Positions 60,587-64,000 of a DNA stretch of 64,000 bases are shown here, one piece after another. Within the stretch, counting starts at the first letter, position 1, and each line of letters opens with the position of its first letter. The stretch lies in assembly GCA_028867755.1 (NCBI GenBank), contig JAGWFT010000001.1, positions 836,727 to 900,726 on the forward strand. Direction: 5' to 3'. A program made the translations under genes and the position numbers. This DNA is from Nitrososphaerota archaeon (GTDB taxonomy: Archaea; Thermoproteota; Nitrososphaeria; Nitrososphaerales; Nitrosopumilaceae). Below the pieces are notes generated by a model that was given only the letters and a program-made list of their open reading frames with translations, was not told the origin of the DNA and did no database searches.

Positions 60587-61507
60587 CTATTTGTTTCTAC
60601 CCTTTCCAAGCTTTCCTGCAAGAAGCATTGGCAGCTCGGCAGGTCTCTTAGCTACAGGTACATTTGCCTTGGCATACATTGATACTTTGGATTCTGCTGA
60701 ACCGTAGGTCCCATAAATTATGGCACCTGCATGGCCCATCCTCTTCTCTTTTGGAGCCGCACGTCCTGCAATGTATGCTACAACAGGCTTGTCAAACTTG
60801 GTATCAATAATGTGCTGTGCCAACATCTCTTCGGCGTCCCCGCCTATCTCTCCTACTACAACTACGCCGTCTATGTTGGCTCCATTTCTAATGGTGTCAA
60901 ATGCCTGTATCAAGGGGGTTCCGTTGATGGGGTCACCACCTATTCCAAAACAGATGCTTTGGCCAAAATTTGCAAGCGAGAGATTATGCGACACCTCATA
61001 CATGAGAGTGCCACTACGTGAAATCACTGCAATGTTTCCAGGCTTGAAAGGTGATGCTGGCATGATTCCAATCTTGATAATTCCAGGTATTATTATTCCA
61101 GGTGTGTTAGGTCCAACAACAATTGCATCCTTTCTTTTTGACAAATCTACAACTGTCAGTGCATCCTTTATTGGTACGTGCTCTGGAATTGCAATTAGCA
61201 ACTTGATTCCAGCCTCCAAGGCTTCAACTGCAGCACTTAGGAAAAACTTTGCCGGAACAAAGATTATTGAAATTTTTGCACCAGTTGCAGCTACCGCTTC
61301 TCCCATGTTTTCATAAATGGGCACGCCCTCTATTTTTTGTCCGCCTTTTCCTGGCGTGACTCCGGCAACTATGTTTGTTCCATATGCTAGCATTTGTTGT
61401 GTGTGAAATGATCCAAACTTTCCAGTGATGCCTTGGACTATGACTGGTTTTTTCTTATAGTCGCGGTCTCCTTCTTTTCCAATTAGTAAATCAAAAAGAT
61501 CAGCCAT
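60587..61507 (-). CDS. sucD: Succinyl-CoA synthetase alpha subunit
   Basis: QGITGKFG, GVTPGKGG, GPNTPG, GEIGG, RMGHAGA. Confidence 0.93.
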   Translation of the reverse strand: MADLFDLLIGKEGDRDYKKKPVIVQGITGKFGSFHTQQMLAYGTNIVAGVTPGKGGQKIEGVPIYENMGEAVAATGAKISIIFVPAKFFLSAAVEALEAGIKLLIAIPEHVPIKDALTVVDLSKRKDAIVVGPNTPGIIIPGIIKIGIMPASPFKPGNIAVISRSGTLMYEVSHNLSLANFGQSICFGIGGDPINGTPLIQAFDTIRNGANIDGVVVVGEIGGDAEEMLAQHIIDTKFDKPVVAYIAGRAAPKEKRMGHAGAIIYGTYGSAESKVSMYAKANVPVAKRPAELPMLLAGKLGKGRNK

Positions 61508-62612
61508 TTTTATTGACCTCAATTACTGCTGCATTTATTGCTTCTTCTATAGTGTCAAACATTTTTGTTCTAGACCCTTTTAGCATCTCTTTTGATTTGT
61601 CAGCCTCTGCACCTGACATTCTTGCAAAAACTGGCATATCAATTAACTTGTTTTCATATGCCTTGATAAATGCAGTAGCTACTGTTGTTGTCTTGACAAT
61701 TCCGCCATAAAGATTTACAAGTATTCCCTTGACTTTTTTCATTTTGCTAATCAAGGTGAGTGCTTCGTATACCGTATCAGTTGTTGCCCCTCCGCCGACA
61801 TCAAGAAAACATGCTGGTTTTCCTCCATTGTCAGAAAGCATGTCTAGTGTTGACATGACTAGGCCCGCTCCATTGCCTACTACGGCAATGTTTCCGTCAA
61901 GCTCTACTAGCGAAAAGCCACTCTTCTCAGCACGTTCCTCAAGCTCTGAGACCTCTTGGAACTTGCGCAGCTCGTCATGCCTGAACATGGAATTGTCATC
62001 AATTATCACCTTGCCGTCAAGGGCTACAATGGAATCATCTTTTAAAACTGCAAGAGGATTTATCTCTGCAAGCTCGACTTCTTTTTCTATTGTAATCTTG
62101 GATAATTTCTGAAGAATATCGATAAACTGTGCAAGCGCCTTGTCTTTTAGCCCCATCTCTTTGCCAACGTCTTCTGCAGTCTTTGTGTCCACATTGCCCA
62201 ATCCCACTTCGTGTATGATCTGGTTTTTGACAGACTCTATCTCCACTCCGCCTTCTGCAGAAGCTATTATTGTATAGCATCTCTTGCTTCGATTCAAAAA
62301 CAATGAAAGGTAAAGTTCTTTTTTGATGTCTGCCATCTTTTCAAGCAAGATTGCCCTTGTTTTTTCTCCCTTGACAACTTTTTGCATTATTTCTGGATAC
62401 TTTAATTCCAACTCGTCGGCGTTGTGGCATTTTTGAATGGCTCCCGCCTTTCCTCTTCCGCCTACTGCCATCTGGGCCTTGATTACAAATGGAAACCCAA
62501 TCTTTGCGGCATCCTTTCTGCCTTGCTCGATATCAGTTGATGTTAATCCCTGTGGGATTGGAATATTGTAATCTGCAAATAACGACTTGGCTTGATACTC
62601 AAGTAAACGCAT
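61500..62612 (-). CDS. sucC: Succinyl-CoA synthetase beta subunit (ADP-forming)
   Basis: LLEYQAK, GGRGKAG, EINPL, GNGAGL, FLDVGGGA. Confidence 0.93.
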   Translation of the reverse strand: MRLLEYQAKSLFADYNIPIPQGLTSTDIEQGRKDAAKIGFPFVIKAQMAVGGRGKAGAIQKCHNADELELKYPEIMQKVVKGEKTRAILLEKMADIKKELYLSLFLNRSKRCYTIIASAEGGVEIESVKNQIIHEVGLGNVDTKTAEDVGKEMGLKDKALAQFIDILQKLSKITIEKEVELAEINPLAVLKDDSIVALDGKVIIDDNSMFRHDELRKFQEVSELEERAEKSGFSLVELDGNIAVVGNGAGLVMSTLDMLSDNGGKPACFLDVGGGATTDTVYEALTLISKMKKVKGILVNLYGGIVKTTTVATAFIKAYENKLIDMPVFARMSGAEADKSKEMLKGSRTKMFDTIEEAINAAVIEVNKNG

Positions 62613-62803
62613 GGAAGAATTTCATTTTCATGGTCTTTATAAACGCTGAATATAGACTATAACAAACAACGATCTGCCAAATCCCATCCACAATCTAAAA
62701 GACTTTTTAAAGTATGCTTTTTGTGGTTTAAAAAAGCCTAAAGACACTGAATGTGTCATTATTTCATACAAAAATAAAAAAGAGGATGACGTTCCATTAA
62801 AAC

Positions 62804-63412
62804 CTAGTTCTGGCCTGGAGGTCCACAATGAATGTGGTTTGTGTCACCAAAGCCGTTACCGGGATAACAGGTGTAGGAAACTGTGACCGAATATCCTTTG
62901 GTGTTATCTCCGTAAAAGTTGTCGTTGAATCCTAGCGTTAATGGGCCAGATTGACCTGTTATGGTAGATGATGTACCTAGTTGAAAGAAAGTTCCCGAAC
63001 CTCCTTGGCCAACTAAGCTAAATGCGGTCAAGTTTGGTGCTAGAAAATCTGATCCTGCAGTGCTTGGTCCTACATATCCACATGAATCATCAGGTGCACC
63101 AATGCCTGTACCACTGCCACTTGCATCGGAAGCTGCGCTACAACCACCTGCTCCATCGCCAGTTGCCCAAATTGCATCACCAGTAACAGTTACTGTGTAG
63201 GAACCAGTAGGAACTAGATTTATTCCTGTATTGACAAGTCCTGAACCTCCAAATGAGGGCAGAGTTGCACTTTGTGCAGAGACAAAGAAGGTTTGAGTGA
63301 TTGTTTGTGGGCCGTGAGCCGTGTTTGATGTTGCAAATACCAAATTTGGTGATATGATAGTCAGAACAAGAACAGCTCCAATGATAGTCATTGTGATAAT
63401 TTTGTTTGTCAT
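62804..63412 (-). CDS. Secreted LecA/PA-IL-like beta-sandwich protein with GDxNHxHxGPPG tail
   Basis: Signal peptide; LTLGFNDNFYGDNTKGYSVTV resembles the PA-IL C-terminal Ca/sugar loop; ends PGNGFGDTNHIHCGPPGQN. Confidence 0.65.
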   Translation of the reverse strand: MTNKIITMTIIGAVLVLTIISPNLVFATSNTAHGPQTITQTFFVSAQSATLPSFGGSGLVNTGINLVPTGSYTVTVTGDAIWATGDGAGGCSAASDASGSGTGIGAPDDSCGYVGPSTAGSDFLAPNLTAFSLVGQGGSGTFFQLGTSSTITGQSGPLTLGFNDNFYGDNTKGYSVTVSYTCYPGNGFGDTNHIHCGPPGQN

Positions 63413-63611
63413 TGTTAGAATAATGTTCTATCAGTATTTCAATATTATCAATATTGTTACCATACGTATTGCAAGTTTAATGGTTAATGCAGCTTATTTC
63501 AGCTTGATCTTTTGGTAGTTTTTTATTTTGGTCTTTATAATCTGTATGTTGGGCGCTAGTGATTTAGTTGATCCCATAACTACCTAAGTACGATGACGCC
63601 CACCAATTATC

Positions 63612-63731
63612 ATGTCCGCTTTTATAACTGGCTCATGCATGAAGTGCGGATACCAAGCAAAACCGCGAAAACATAATTCTGCTGATGTGGGGGTTTATAC
63701 TTGTCCAGTCTGTCACAACGAATTGACATAA
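63612..63731 (+). CDS. 39-aa zinc-ribbon microprotein; not in ORF track
   Basis: MSAFITGSCMKCGYQAKPRKHNSADVGVYTCPVCHNELT; two CxxC pairs. Confidence 0.55.
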   Translation: MSAFITGSCMKCGYQAKPRKHNSADVGVYTCPVCHNELT

Positions 63732-64000
63732 AAATTTCATTCTTTGGGCACGTGTAATACCGAACATTGTTACTTAACACAGTTCAACAATGGTTTTATT
63801 TTAAATCAAGAAATGATACATATGAAGAACAGAAAAAAAGAGTTCGAGTTTGGAGATACGAATGTACGATTCTATCATCCAGTTATAGTGGGAAATTGAA
63901 TCGATCAGAAAACCGCGATCTTTTTCCTAAAATCCCATCGGATTTTACCTCAATCCACTGACAACACATGTTCAAAATTAGGGATTCAGACCTGTGTAAG

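Noticed and set aside
63550-63602. GC-clamped fold TGGGCG...CGCCCA as a possible tRNA fragment or ncRNA
   Set aside because: No TPsiC/D-loop consensus and weak inner pairing.
63767-63961. Track ORF of 64 aa
   Set aside because: TTG start, no motif, and it overlaps a better-placed ATG frame.

Overview
64 kb of an AT-rich ammonia-oxidising archaeon (Nitrososphaerota). The gene set and order look Nitrosotalea/Nitrosopumilales-like, which is an inference from protein families, not a database result. Most of the window is core housekeeping: argS, cysS, metG, trmI, endA, lig, rpoK, rps25e, rpl40e, proteasome beta, nadE, ahcY, ilvC, hom and birA. Carbon metabolism is also present: methylmalonyl-CoA mutase large/small subunits with MeaB and epimerase (3HP/4HB cycle), sucCD, ppdK and tpiA. 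An accessory stress/redox region lies at about 43-44 kb and 49-56 kb. Main observations: (1) A complete 2,223-bp transposase-less mobile cassette (21424-23646) has 61-bp terminal inverted repeats (first 39 bp perfect) and an exact 8-bp target-site duplication. It carries one passenger gene, a membrane module fused to an N-truncated MORC/Hsp90-type GHKL domain. (2) A 595-aa tandem SDR has motifs resembling the malonyl-CoA-reducing C-terminal half of Chloroflexus-type malonyl-CoA reductase and is coupled to a degenerate hotdog protein; it is a candidate for the AOA malonyl-CoA reductase step, unassigned as far as I know. (3) An approximately 1-kb ArsR/SRPBCC islet is bounded by a 24-bp repeat duplicating the 3' end of an HTH-CBS gene. 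(4) A recurring TTATC-N6-GATAA palindrome occurs in the stress region. (5) Several small ORFs are missing from the supplied track: a 45-aa K/R-rich protein, three zinc-ribbon microproteins, a YHS protein and L40e. I saw no rRNA, tRNA or CRISPR array. All family calls are by eye from motifs; no searches were run.
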